Positions 11,263 through 21,634 of a stretch of 64,000 nt of DNA are shown here, piece after piece; the stretch's first letter is position 1, and each line of letters opens with the position of its first letter. Position numbers and translations under genes: made by a program. The stretch spans positions 64,001 through 128,000 of the forward strand of contig CAVYKI010000006.1 of NCBI GenBank assembly GCA_963769025.1, read 5' to 3'. The stretch is from an uncultured Verrucomicrobiae bacterium (GTDB lineage Bacteria; Verrucomicrobiota; Verrucomicrobiia; Chthoniobacterales; Chthoniobacteraceae). The notes under the pieces are model-generated. The model did no database searches and had not been told where the DNA came from. It saw only the letters and a program-made list of their open reading frames with translations.

Positions 11263-12528
11263 TCACTTGTGGCTGGCCGATTTCGGCGCGAGTGCGGTGG
11301 CACCGGTGGCGGCGAGGTAGCGCGTTCGGGCCAGATGGTAGTCGCGCAGGGCGGTCACGAGCTGCACTTCGAGTTCAAAGCGCCCGCCCCGCGCGCGGAC
11401 GACCTCGGTGAAGGCGCTCTGCCCGATTCCGTACGAGTTCCGGCGCTGCTCCTCGATTTTGACCGCCTGCGGAATGAGATCATCGGCGATGGACGCGACG
11501 ACCTTGGCCAGGCCGGCCATTTCTCCGCGGGCACCGGCGACTTCACCGCGGATCTGCACCGCGAGGGCGTCAAGTTCCTTGCCGGCACGCGCTGCGGTGG
11601 CGTTCGCCTCGCGGATGCGGCCCTCGTTTGCGTTCCAGAGCGGAAGCGGCAGGCTGAACTTCAGCCCGACCATCGTGTCGCGTTCAAATCCCTGCGGCGC
11701 ATCCTCGGTGCGCGCGTGCTCGGCGGTGAGTCCCACGCCGATGTCGGCCCATTTGTTCGCCATTGTGAGCGCCGCGCTTTCCCTCGCCGCCGAGGCACCG
11801 TGCTGCGCTGCCTGGTAATCGCCGCGCCTTTCCATGTTCACGCGGCCTGGCGGGGTTCCGGCGGGCATGGGCAGTTCACCGCGAATCTCGACCGGAGCGG
11901 GCGCTGTCACGCCGAGCAGCGGGCGCAGTTCGCCGAGCAGCGCCGCCTGTTCGCTGTCGAGCAGCAGGAGCGCGGTGTCGAGCTGGCTGCGCTCGAGCTG
12001 CACCTGCGCCGCATCGACCTGCGAAGCCTCGCCCGAAGCGACGCGCCTGGTCATGAAGTCGCCGAGTTCGCGGCTGGCGGCGATCTGTTTCACGCGTACC
12101 GCGCGCTGCTGGCGAAGCGCGAGCAGTTTCACCGCGAGCGCACGCGCATCTGCGGCGAGCCTGCGTTCCGCGTCGCGGACCTCAGCCTCGGCGGCGGCCA
12201 GTTGCGAACGGGACACGGCCTTTTCCAGCCGCAGGCGCCCGGTGAGCGGAAACCGCTGCATGAACTCCAGCCGGAAGCCGCGCTCCGGCATGCGGACGTT
12301 CTGCGCGTATTCGAAATCGAGTTCGGGATTCGCAAGCCGCCCCGCGCTGTCGAGCCTGCCGCGGGCCTCCTCGATGCGGAGCCGTGCGGCGGCGAGTTGC
12401 GGGTTGTGCCGGCGCACCTGCTCGTCCACGCCGTCGAGAGTGAGCGACAGGCCGCCGCTCCCCGCAGCAATGGCGGCGATGGGCAGTGCGAACAGAAAGC
12501 TGAGGAGGTGGAGTTTTCGGAAAGGCAT
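11263..12528 (-). CDS. TolC-family outer-membrane efflux protein (CzcC-like)
   Basis: NPQLAAAR...LANPEL; FSLPLPLWNANEGRI; helical repeats; first structural gene of the operon. Confidence 0.9.
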   Translation of the reverse strand: MPFRKLHLLSFLFALPIAAIAAGSGGLSLTLDGVDEQVRRHNPQLAAARLRIEEARGRLDSAGRLANPELDFEYAQNVRMPERGFRLEFMQRFPLTGRLRLEKAVSRSQLAAAEAEVRDAERRLAADARALAVKLLALRQQRAVRVKQIAASRELGDFMTRRVASGEASQVDAAQVQLERSQLDTALLLLDSEQAALLGELRPLLGVTAPAPVEIRGELPMPAGTPPGRVNMERRGDYQAAQHGASAARESAALTMANKWADIGVGLTAEHARTEDAPQGFERDTMVGLKFSLPLPLWNANEGRIREANATAARAGKELDALAVQIRGEVAGARGEMAGLAKVVASIADDLIPQAVKIEEQRRNSYGIGQSAFTEVVRARGGRFELEVQLVTALRDYHLARTRYLAATGATALAPKSASHK

Positions 12529-12662
12529 GATTTTGAAAATTGCGGGTGGATGCGAGCGTGCGCAGACGTGCGGACACGCGGGATCCGGCGATGGGCCGGG
12601 GTGATTAGGCTGACGCCGCAAGATTCGCCGTGCCATCCGGGCACGACGATGCGCGTCAGGCG

Positions 12663-13037
12663 TCAGGCGATCTGAGGCGGATGATCGATGCCGAGCGGCA
12701 CCGCATCCGGGGGGAATTCATCCGTGTGAGACAGGAAGCCCGTCGGGACGAATGCCGCATCGGCCGCCCACAGTGTCCCAGCGGTGAGCGTGGTGAGGAC
12801 GACGTGGCAGATGCACTGGCAGCCGTCACCTTTGTCGGGGGCCTGATCGTGGTCATCGGGAGCGCAACCGGAGTGTTCCGTCTCCGCCGGCCCGTGCGAT
12901 CCGCAGCACTCGCCGAAAACATCCACGCCGAATCCCGTGAGCACGAACAGGGAGACGATGGCCAAGAAAACGCTGGAGCGGAGGAATCGCAAGACGGGCG
13001 GAGGTAACGGGCAACTCGTCGTTGTGTCAAGGGACAC
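12663..13037 (-). CDS. Small Cys/His-rich leader protein of metal-efflux operon
   Basis: Hydrophobic N-terminus, ECCGSH..HSGC..CQCICH, C-terminal IDHPPQ; start uncertain. Confidence 0.65.
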   Translation of the reverse strand: MSLDTTTSCPLPPPVLRFLRSSVFLAIVSLFVLTGFGVDVFGECCGSHGPAETEHSGCAPDDHDQAPDKGDGCQCICHVVLTTLTAGTLWAADAAFVPTGFLSHTDEFPPDAVPLGIDHPPQIA

Positions 13038-13101
13038 GTCCGGCTTGTCCGATGATCAGCGGGCGAATGCGCTCGCGCGGCCTAGAGCTCCGGCAGGCAG
13101 C

Positions 13102-14577
13102 TCAGTGCCGGGTAATCGGGAACTGCTTCCTGAGCAGCGCCGCCGCTTCCGCCTGGGCCTTCGCGAGGGCGGGGGAGTCGATGGCGTTCTTCATTTCGTG
13201 CGGGTCCGCGGCCGCATCGTAGAGTTCGCGTGCGACGGGTTCGCCGGTCTTCCAGTCGCGCCACTCGGTGTAGCGGACGCTGGCGGTGCGGACGCTGCAG
13301 CCCATCACGGACGGCTGGCCGCCCGGCTCGCGGTCGTAGTAGGCGGGGCGCGGGTGCTGGGTGAATGCGGCGGGCTTCAGTGCGAGCGAAGGATCGTCGA
13401 GCAGCGGCGCGAGGTTTGTGCCTTCGAGGCCATCGGGCCTTGGCAGTCCGCAGAGAGCGGTGAGCGTGGGAAAAAGATCGAGCAACTCGGTGGGCGAGGA
13501 TGTGCGTTTGCCGGCGCTTTTCATCCCGGGCGTTCCGATGAAGAACGGCACGTGCGCATCCAGCTCGAAGTTCGAAGTCTTCCCCCACAGCGTGTGCTCG
13601 CCGATCTGGTAGCCGTGGTCGGCGACGAACGTGACGATGGTGCGGTCGCCGACGCCGCTCGCGTCGAGCGCGTCGAGCACCTTGCCGAGCTGCGCGTCCA
13701 TGTAGCTGATGTTGGCAAAGTAGCCGTGGCGCATCTCCGCGGCCTGTTCGGGCGTGAGCCGCTTCTGGTCCTTCGCAGGGCCGAGGATTTCGGTGCTCTG
13801 GTGAAAGGCAATGTCCGGCGCGCCCGTCGGGCGGGGTTCGGTGTGTGCGTCGAGCGGCGGGAGCTTTGCGCGGTCGTAGAGATCCCAGTATTTCTTCGGC
13901 GCGTTGAAGGGCGCGTGCGGTTTCCAGAATCCGACCGCGAGGAAGAACGGCTCGCCCGTTGACTTCACCTGGCCGAGCACCCGCACCGCCTCGGCGGCGA
14001 CGCGACCGTCGAAGTACGCCTCGTCCGGCACGTCGCGGCATTCGCAGAGGCCGTTCTTCGCGTAGCCGAATCCCGACACGGTCGTCGCGAGGTTCGGCGG
14101 CAGCGGGCCTTCCACCTTTGCGACATCCTCGCCGTGGTTCTCGTAGTGGAGGAATTCCGGCGCGCTCCACGAGCGCGGATCGCCGTGCACCTTCGTGTGC
14201 CAGTTGTGGAAGATTTTCCCGACGCAGCGCGTGTCGTAGCCGTGCTCCTTGAACCACAGCGGCAGCGTCGTCACGTCCGGGTTCAGCTCGCGAAAGTGCG
14301 TGCCATTGTTCCAAATCCGCAGCGTGTCGGGCCGGAGTCCGGTGAGGAAGGACGAGCGCGACGGATTGCAGACGGCCTGCTGCGTGTAGGCGCGGTCGAA
14401 CTGCAGCGAGCGCTTCGCGAGCCGGTCGAGGTTCGGCGTGTGCGCGGGCGATCCGTAGCTGGCCAGCTCCGCGCGGAAATCGTCGGCGACGATGAAGAGG
14501 ACGTTCGGCTTCTGCGCGGCGGTGGCGGTGGCGCAGATAAAAATGAGAAATGCGAGGAGGCGGGGAAGCGTGTTCAT
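13102..14577 (-). CDS. Sulfatase (iduronate-2-sulfatase-like)
   Basis: KPNVLFIVADD, CNPSRSSFLTG, GKIFH, GFWKPHAPF, ADHG. Confidence 0.93.
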   Translation of the reverse strand: MNTLPRLLAFLIFICATATAAQKPNVLFIVADDFRAELASYGSPAHTPNLDRLAKRSLQFDRAYTQQAVCNPSRSSFLTGLRPDTLRIWNNGTHFRELNPDVTTLPLWFKEHGYDTRCVGKIFHNWHTKVHGDPRSWSAPEFLHYENHGEDVAKVEGPLPPNLATTVSGFGYAKNGLCECRDVPDEAYFDGRVAAEAVRVLGQVKSTGEPFFLAVGFWKPHAPFNAPKKYWDLYDRAKLPPLDAHTEPRPTGAPDIAFHQSTEILGPAKDQKRLTPEQAAEMRHGYFANISYMDAQLGKVLDALDASGVGDRTIVTFVADHGYQIGEHTLWGKTSNFELDAHVPFFIGTPGMKSAGKRTSSPTELLDLFPTLTALCGLPRPDGLEGTNLAPLLDDPSLALKPAAFTQHPRPAYYDREPGGQPSVMGCSVRTASVRYTEWRDWKTGEPVARELYDAAADPHEMKNAIDSPALAKAQAEAAALLRKQFPITRH

Positions 14578-14681
14578 GTGGGACACGAAGGAAAGCACGG
14601 GCGCACGCACGGGAACAAGCCTTGCCGCCTGAGCCCGCAAATCGAGTTGTCGGGGTGCGCTCTCCATGCTTTGGCATGTGC

Positions 14682-15176
14682 ATGGAAGCGGCCATCCTCA
14701 ACAGCCGAAAGTCATGTCCCCAATGCAGAGGGGACTTGAGGACTGTCGCATTGGGCTTGGTGATCGTTGAGAAGTGTCCCGTTTGCGATGGGATGTGGGT
14801 CGGTTACGAGTCCTTCGTTCGGATTTGCAAGGATTCCGCCAGTCGCAATGAGATGATGTCGGATCTGGCGCCTGCCGCATCCTCCCCCAACCGGGCGGAT
14901 CCAAATTGGCGTTACCGACCGTGTCCAATCTGTGGTGATTTGATGTCGCGGATAAACTTCGCTGATATTTCAGGAGTGATCGTTGATGTCTGTCCGCGGC
15001 ATGGGGTCTGGTGCGACCGGGACGAGATCCGGCAGATCGTCAAGTTTGTCGAATCAGACGGCTTTGAGCGGTCGCGAAAGTTTCGGAATGAAACGGAGAA
15101 GGAACGCGCGCGGAGCGACGTGCTATGTAGCGCACTTCGTGCGATCGCCACTCAATGGAGCTACCCCGGATGGTAG
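14682..15176 (+). CDS. Tandem zf-TFIIB-like zinc-ribbon protein
   Basis: CPQC..CPVCDGMW and CPIC..DVCPRHGVWCDRDE. Confidence 0.8.
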   Translation: MEAAILNSRKSCPQCRGDLRTVALGLVIVEKCPVCDGMWVGYESFVRICKDSASRNEMMSDLAPAASSPNRADPNWRYRPCPICGDLMSRINFADISGVIVDVCPRHGVWCDRDEIRQIVKFVESDGFERSRKFRNETEKERARSDVLCSALRAIATQWSYPGW

Positions 15177-15185
15177 CCGCCGCTT

Positions 15186-15972
15186 TTACTCCGTAAAGTC
15201 GGTGTCCGGCTTCGTCAGGTCGAGTTCCTTGATCCACGCGTTGCGGTAGCGCACGTCGTGGCCTTCGCACTGGAGCTTCAGGCCGCCGGGCGTGTCGGTG
15301 ATTCCCTTGCCGCCGTCGTTGCCGCCGTCGATGCCGGACTTCGGGCCGCCCCAGACCTGGTTGATGGCCACGTTCGTGTGGACCTTGATGCCGTTGAAAT
15401 ACATCGAGACGAGCGGCTTCTCCACGAGCTTGCCGTCCTTGAAACGCGCGGCGCGGAACGTGATGTCGTAGGCGTTCCATTTTCCGGTGCCGGCGTAGGC
15501 GTGGTAGGGCGACTCGGTTTCGTTGATCACCGCGCCCATGCCGTGCTTCGTCTTGTCGCCGTCGAGCACCTGGATCTCGTAGCGGTTCTGCAGATACACG
15601 CCGCTGTTGCCGCGCGGCTTCGCGATCCAGAATTCGATGTGCAGCCGGAAGTCGCGATACTGCTTCTTCGTCACGATGTCCGCGGTGCCGAACTTCCCGC
15701 CGTCCGCGACGCGGTCGTCGGTCATCACGGTTGTGCCCTTGTCCTTGTCCACGGGATCCTCGACGATCTTCCACTTGATCGGCATCGCGGACTTGAAGCC
15801 GCGGCCCTTCCCAATAAATCCACTTCTCATCGAGCATCGCGCGCGAGCCATCGATGATCACTTCGGCGCCCTCCAGCGGCTTGGCGCCGACGCCGGTTTC
15901 AGCGAATGCGAGGGGCGCAAAAAGCGCGCCGGTGAGAATGACGGATGCGAGAGGGATGCGGGGGATGTTCAT
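15186..15972 (-). CDS. DUF1080 (3-keto-disaccharide hydrolase-like) protein; one indel near 15800
   Basis: YRDFRLHIEF..GNSGVYLQNRYEIQVLD; WNAYDITF; LQCEGHDVRYRNAWIKEL. Confidence 0.88.
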
Positions 15973-16068
15973 GTGGGCGTAGTGGGAGTGCATCGGCTAG
16001 CGGGAGAGCGGAACAAAAGCGACTCCCATGTTTGCGGGTTCAAAACGGCGCATGAATCGCGGTGGGCG

Positions 16069-16611
16069 TCACTTGAAGTCCGCCCGCACTTCGGCAAAAT
16101 CGAAGTTGCCCACGGCAAAGAGGCTGCGGGCGAGCACTTCGATTTTCACACAGCCTGGCGGCAGTGTGAAGGTCCGGCGGAAGGTGTGCCAGTAGGGTGA
16201 GTTGCCAGAAGCAACCACGGCGGCGGAAATGTTCGCGCCTTTGGCGTCCTTGTAACGCAAGGCCACTTCCACCGCGGCGTTCTTCTCGGTCTTCAGGTTT
16301 TGCGGCTTGCCACGCATTCTTCCATAGACGTTGACCGAGACGGCCTTTGGGGGCACGGCGAGTTCCTGCGAGACGCCCGCGTTGGCCGGTTGCGCGCTGG
16401 AAAGGCGCAGGAAGGTTTCCTTGCCGTCGTTGAAAATCACACCGCCGGCGTTGGGATACGCCGGCTTCCAGCCCGCCGGGGGTTGGCCCACCGGCAGTAC
16501 ACTGAATTTTCCGTTGGGCAAGTCGTGCTCCGACGGTTTGGGATCGGCTGCGTGAGCCGGAGTGCATGTGAGGGCCGCAAGCGCTGAGAGGGCGAGGAAC
16601 GTGGTTTTCAT
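16069..16611 (-). CDS. Exported hypothetical protein, carbohydrate-binding (galactose-binding-like) fold likely
   Basis: Signal peptide MKTTFLALSALAAL; LPNGKF...WHTFRRTFTLPPG..FDFAEVR pattern. Confidence 0.65.
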   Translation of the reverse strand: MKTTFLALSALAALTCTPAHAADPKPSEHDLPNGKFSVLPVGQPPAGWKPAYPNAGGVIFNDGKETFLRLSSAQPANAGVSQELAVPPKAVSVNVYGRMRGKPQNLKTEKNAAVEVALRYKDAKGANISAAVVASGNSPYWHTFRRTFTLPPGCVKIEVLARSLFAVGNFDFAEVRADFK

Positions 16612-16745
16612 GGAGGAAGAGGCTGGCGAAACAGCGTGCATGAAATGCCATACGGCGGTGACAATTTTGCAAACGAATTGTGACGGCAGGACGAGGCGGC
16701 GCGCAGGAGAATCGACAACCGCGCGCAGGTCGCCGACATTCCGCC

Positions 16746-17636
16746 ATGCCCAAACCGAGCACCGTGAGTGCGCCCGCCGAACTTCTTGCGTATCTCTTCG
16801 CCGCCTGGCCGCAGGAGAAGAAGAAGCAGATCCGCACGTGGCTGAAGTTCCAGGCGGTGACAGTGAACGGGCGGCCGGTGACGCAGTTCAATCATCCGCT
16901 GAAAAAGGGCGATGTGGTGGCGGTTCGCACGGACCGGTTTGCGGTGCCGAAGACGAAGCTCGGCGCGGGGATGAAGGTCTATTTCGAGGACGCGCACATC
17001 ATCGTGATCGACAAGCCATCCGGCCTGCTGAGCATCGCGAGCGAGGCGGAGCCGGAGAAGACGGCGTACTTTCAACTCACGGAATACCTGCGCCTCGGCA
17101 ATCCGCGCGCGAAGGAGCGCGTGTGGATCGTCCACCGGCTCGACCGCGAGACGTCGGGGCTGATGGTCTTTGCGAAGACGCCGCTGGCGAAGGAGACGCT
17201 GCAAGGCGGCTGGGATCGCGTGGAGAAAAACTACGAGGCGGTGGTGGAGGGGCGGCTGCCGCAGGAAGCGGGCACGTTCGAGTCGGACCTCAACGAGACG
17301 AATCCCTTCAAGGTCTTCAGCGCGCCGCCGAGCGAGCTCACGCGCCATGCGGTGACGCATTACCGCGTGCTGGCAAAAAGCGAGTGGCGTTCGCTCGTCG
17401 CGCTGACGCTGAAGACGGGACGCCGGCACCAGATCCGCGTGCATCTCGCCGACGCCGGCTGCCCGATCGTCGGCGACGAGAAATACCACGCGAAGTCCAA
17501 CCCGGCGAAGCGCCTTGGGTTGCACGCATGCGGCCTGCGCTTCCCGCATCCGGAGACGGGCAAGGAGATGAAATTCGAGTCGCCGCTGCCGAAGGATCTC
17601 GCGCGCCTGGTGCCGCTGGCGAAACCCGCGGGCTAG
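16746..17636 (+). CDS. RluA-family pseudouridine synthase
   Basis: IDKPSGLL, VHRLDRETSGL (catalytic Asp), TGRRHQIRVH, PIVGDEKY, LHA. Confidence 0.95.
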   Translation: MPKPSTVSAPAELLAYLFAAWPQEKKKQIRTWLKFQAVTVNGRPVTQFNHPLKKGDVVAVRTDRFAVPKTKLGAGMKVYFEDAHIIVIDKPSGLLSIASEAEPEKTAYFQLTEYLRLGNPRAKERVWIVHRLDRETSGLMVFAKTPLAKETLQGGWDRVEKNYEAVVEGRLPQEAGTFESDLNETNPFKVFSAPPSELTRHAVTHYRVLAKSEWRSLVALTLKTGRRHQIRVHLADAGCPIVGDEKYHAKSNPAKRLGLHACGLRFPHPETGKEMKFESPLPKDLARLVPLAKPAG

Positions 17637-17699
17637 ACCGTTGCGTGTCTCGCCGATTCCGGGATGAGGCAGCGTCGGCTGGAGTTCGGCCGCCTGTTT

Positions 17700-17728
17700 C
17701 CCTCCGCGTCTCTGCGTCTCCGCGTTTC
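17700..17728. repeat. Short tandem (CTC[C/T]GCGT)n intergenic repeat
   Basis: ctccgcgt-ctctgcgt-ctccgcgt in the convergent gap between the RluA gene and topB. Confidence 0.6.
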
Positions 17729-17751
17729 AAAAAATGGAGCCGCGAGGCTCC
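17729..17751 (-). terminator. Intrinsic terminator for topB
   Basis: GGAGCC-gcga-GGCTCC hairpin (17736-17751) next to an A-run that reads as a U-tract on the minus strand, about 10 nt after the topB stop. Confidence 0.65.
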
Positions 17752-17760
17752 CACGGGAGC

Positions 17761-20323
17761 CTATTTCGCCTTCGTCTTCGCGGCCCGTTTTGCCGGTTTC
17801 GCGGGTTTCTCCGCCTTGTCCTTCGCCGTCGGCGCTGCGGCCCCGTCCTTCGCCGGAGCCTTCGGCTCGCGCGCGGCGAATTCGAAGCCGACCTTGCCGT
17901 CCTCCTTCAGCACGAGAAACGCCTTGAACGAACGACCAGTGCGCGCGCTGACGAAGCCCGTGAGCAGCGCGGTCTTTCCGTCCTTCATCAGCGCCGCGAT
18001 GTCCGAGCGCGTGAGATTTTTGCGGAGGATCGTCTTTCCGATCCGCACCTTGCATAGGTTCGTGGCGCGCTGGTCGCACTGGAAGACCTCCGCGGCCTCG
18101 AAGATCTGTCCGGTCGCGCACATGCGGCACTTGCAGACGGGCTCCGGGTTCACCCACTCGGGCTGCGTGCCGTCGCCTTCGTCTTCCTTCTTAAAGTCGA
18201 AAGTCACCTTCCATTCCTCGCGGTCGAGCTTCAGCGGGGCGGAAAATGCGCGGCCAAATTTGCTGCGAAAGCCCTCGAGCGGGCCGACCTGACCTTCCGT
18301 GAGGAGCTTCGTGACTTCGCTGCGTTCGAGTTCGCGGCTCGCGACGGTTTTCCACACGGTGAGGCCGCAGCCTGGGCACGTGTAACTCTTGAAGCTCTCG
18401 GCAAACGGCGTCGCGGCGCACTTCGGGCACACGACTTCGAGCGGTTCAAAATTTCCCTGAATCTCGCCGCCCTGGTGGTTCTTCACCTTGTTCACGATGT
18501 CCGTCGTGAGGCGCGCGGATTTCGTCCATGAACTCGACGCGCGAGAGTTTGCCGCGCTCCATCTGCTTGAGCTTGAATTCCCACTCGCCGGTCAGTCGCC
18601 GGCTGCGTGAGGCTCTCGGCGTCGAGATTGCGCAGCAGGGTGATCAGCGAGAGCCCTTTTGCGTGACGATCAGTTCGCGCCCCTCGCGGATGAGGTAGCC
18701 CTCGTAAATCAGCCCTTCGATGATCTGCGCGCGCGTCGCCGGCGTGCCGAGGCCGCGCTCGGCCATCGCCTCGCGGAGTTCCTCGTCGTCGACGAGTTTG
18801 CCCGCGCCTTCCATCGCGGAAAGCAGCGTGCCTTCGTTGTAGCGCGCGGGCGGCTTGGTGAGGCTTTCCTTCACCTCGATGGCCTCGGTCTGCGCCTGCT
18901 CGCCGGGCTGCGACGGGGACGACGGCCTTCTCGCTGTCCGTCGCCCTCGGCCTCGCGGCCGTAGACGGCCAGCCAGCCGGGATCGATGATGATCTTCCCG
19001 TCGTCTTGAACGTCTCGCCCTCGACCGTGGTGATGCGCGTCGTGCACCTCGAACTGCGCCGCGGGATAAAACACCGCGATGAAGCGCCGCGCGACGAGGT
19101 CGTAAGATCTTCTGCTCCGTTCTCGCTCGAGCCCTGCGGCACCGTGCCCGTCGGCACGATGGCAAAGTGATCGCTGACCTTCGCGTTGTTGAAGATGCGC
19201 TTGTTCGGCTGCACCCAGCCGCTCGCGCAGCGCCTTCTTCGCGTGCTCGGCGAGCGAGCGATCCTCGAAAGCTGCCCATCACGTTCTTCGCCGTCGCGAG
19301 GTGATCCTCCGGCAGGTAGCGCGAATCGGTTCGCGGATAGGTGAGCGCCTTGTGCTTTTCGTAGAGCGCCTGCGCGATTTGCAGCGTCATCTCGCGCGGG
19401 AAATCCGAAGCGTCCGTTCGCTTCGCGCTGCAGCGTGGTGAGGTCGTAGAGCAGCGGCGGAACTCTGCGTCGTCGGCTTCTTCTCCTCCTCGATCGTGCC
19501 CGGCTTGCCCGTCGCACTTCGCGACGATGCGCGTCGGCCTGCGCCTTGTCCCAGATGCGCTCGGCTTCGCGCTGTCTTCCTCGGCCGCCTTTCTTGAAAT
19601 GCTGCGTCGAACCAGCGTCCGCGATAGCTGCCCGGCGGCGACGCCGAAATCGCCGAACACCTCAAAATAGGCGCGCGGCTGGAAGGCGCGGATCTTCTCC
19701 TCGCGCTCGACGAGGATGGCGAGCGTCGGCGTCTGCACGCGGCCGGCGGTGGTCTTCTGGAAGCCGCCGCCGTGCGAGTTGAAGGCGGTCAGCGCGCGCG
19801 TGGAATTGATGCCCACGAGCCAGTCCGCCTCGCTGCGCGAGATCGCGGCGTCCGCGAGCGGCTGCATCTCCTCGTCGCTGCGCAGGTGCGCGAAGGCCGT
19901 GCGGATCGCATCCGGCGTCATCGATTGCAGCCAGAGCCGTTTGATCGGCTGCTTCGCGGCCGTCGCGCGGATGATGTTGCGGAAAATCAGCTCGCCTTCG
20001 CGGCCCGGCGTCGCAGGCGTTGATGATTTCGCCGACGTCCTTGCGCTTGATGCAGGCGCTTGAGCACCGCGAGGCGGCTCGCGTTCTTCTCGATGGGCTT
20101 CAGGTCGAAGTACTCCGGCAGGCTGCGGGAGGTTTTCGATCTTCCACTTTCCGCGCGCCTCGCTGCCCTCCGGCGCGGCGATCTCGAGCAGATGGCCGAC
20201 CGCGCAGGAGATCACATACTTGTCGTTCTCGTAGAACTCATCGCCGCGTCCCGGCTTCATCCCGAGCACCCTCGCAAGGTCTTGTGCGACGCTGGGCTTC
20301 TCGGCGAGGACAAGTGTTTTCAT
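17761..20323 (-). CDS. topB: DNA topoisomerase III (type IA) with C-terminal zinc-ribbon/Toprim_Crpt repeats (multiple indels)
   Basis: LAEKPSVA, GREGELIF, AGRVQTPTL, LTYPRTDS, GLGTPATRA; C-terminal GFRSKFGRAFSA / GFVSARTGRSFKA repeats. Confidence 0.92.
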
Positions 20324-20520
20324 AGGAAGGTCTGGCTGGCGGGGCGTGGGGAGTTAGGCGGTCAGCGGTGATCGCGCAACTGGAAAAATTTCACCCATCT
20401 CAATTCTCGCGAGCAAAATTTGGCGGATGAACGCGGCTTGAAACTGCGAATGCGATGTTTCCGAAATGCTCCTTGCCGGGCGCGGTGCGGGAACTGATAT
20501 TCCGCGCTCCTTTTTCCAAA

Positions 20521-21615
20521 ATGTTGCAACCACCTCTTCATGATCGCGGCGTCATCGCCCGCTGGCGGGAGTTCCTGCCGGTGAGTGCGGCGACCCCCGT
20601 CATCTCCCTGAACGAGGGCTCGACTCCGCTGATCCATTCGCCGCGGCTGAGCGCCATCGTGGGGCGGGGGAGCGAAGTGTATGTAAAGTACGAGGGACTG
20701 AACCCGACGGGGTCGTTCAAGGATCGCGGAATGACGATGGCGATCTCGAAGGCCGTTGAGTCCGGCGCAAAGGCGGTGATTTGCGCCAGCACGGGCAACA
20801 CTTCCGCTGCGGCTGCGGCGTACGCAGCGCGTGCGGGCATCACGAGCATCGTGCTGCTGCCGGCGGGGAAAATCGCGCTGGGCAAGCTGGCGCAGGCGTT
20901 CATGTACGGTTCGAAGGTCGTGGCCATCGAGGGAAACTTTGACGATGCGCTGCGGCTCGTGCGCGAGATCGGCGAGACGGAACCGATCGCGATCGTGAAT
21001 TCCATCAACCCGTTCCGGCTCGAAGGGCAGAAGACGGCGGCGTTCGAGATCATCGAGACGCTCGGCGATGCGCCGGATCTGCACATGATCCCCGTGGGGA
21101 ATGCGGGCAACATCTCGGCGTACTGGATGGGCTACCAGGAGTTCAAGGCCGCCGGCCGCTCGAAGAAGCTGCCCGTGATGACCGGCTTCCAGGCCGCGGG
21201 CTCCGCGCCGATTTTCCACAACAAGGTGATCGACAACCCGGAGACCGTCGCGACGGCGATCCGCATCGGCAATCCCGCGAGCTGGGACAAGGCCACGGCG
21301 GCGATGCGCGACTCCGGCGGAGCGGTGGACATCGTGACCGACGCCGAGATCCTTGAGGCGCAGTTCTGGCTTGCGAAAAACGAAGGCATTTTCGTCGAGC
21401 CAGCGAGCGCGGCGAGCATCGCGGGGCTGATGAAGTGCGCGGGCAAGGAGCGGTGCTCCGCGTGCCCGCTGCCGCGCATCCCCGAGGGCGCAAAGATCGT
21501 CTGCACCGTCACCGGCCACGGCCTGAAGGATCCGGACGTCGCGCGGGATCGCATTTCGGGCATCGTCACGGCGAGCGCGGACAAACGCGCCATCCTGGAC
21601 CTCCTCGGCAGCTAG
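20521..21615 (+). CDS. thrC: Threonine synthase
   Basis: [52 protein letters not shown]. Confidence 0.96.
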   Translation: MLQPPLHDRGVIARWREFLPVSAATPVISLNEGSTPLIHSPRLSAIVGRGSEVYVKYEGLNPTGSFKDRGMTMAISKAVESGAKAVICASTGNTSAAAAAYAARAGITSIVLLPAGKIALGKLAQAFMYGSKVVAIEGNFDDALRLVREIGETEPIAIVNSINPFRLEGQKTAAFEIIETLGDAPDLHMIPVGNAGNISAYWMGYQEFKAAGRSKKLPVMTGFQAAGSAPIFHNKVIDNPETVATAIRIGNPASWDKATAAMRDSGGAVDIVTDAEILEAQFWLAKNEGIFVEPASAASIAGLMKCAGKERCSACPLPRIPEGAKIVCTVTGHGLKDPDVARDRISGIVTASADKRAILDLLGS

Positions 21616-21634
21616 CCTTTCCCCTTTTTCAATA

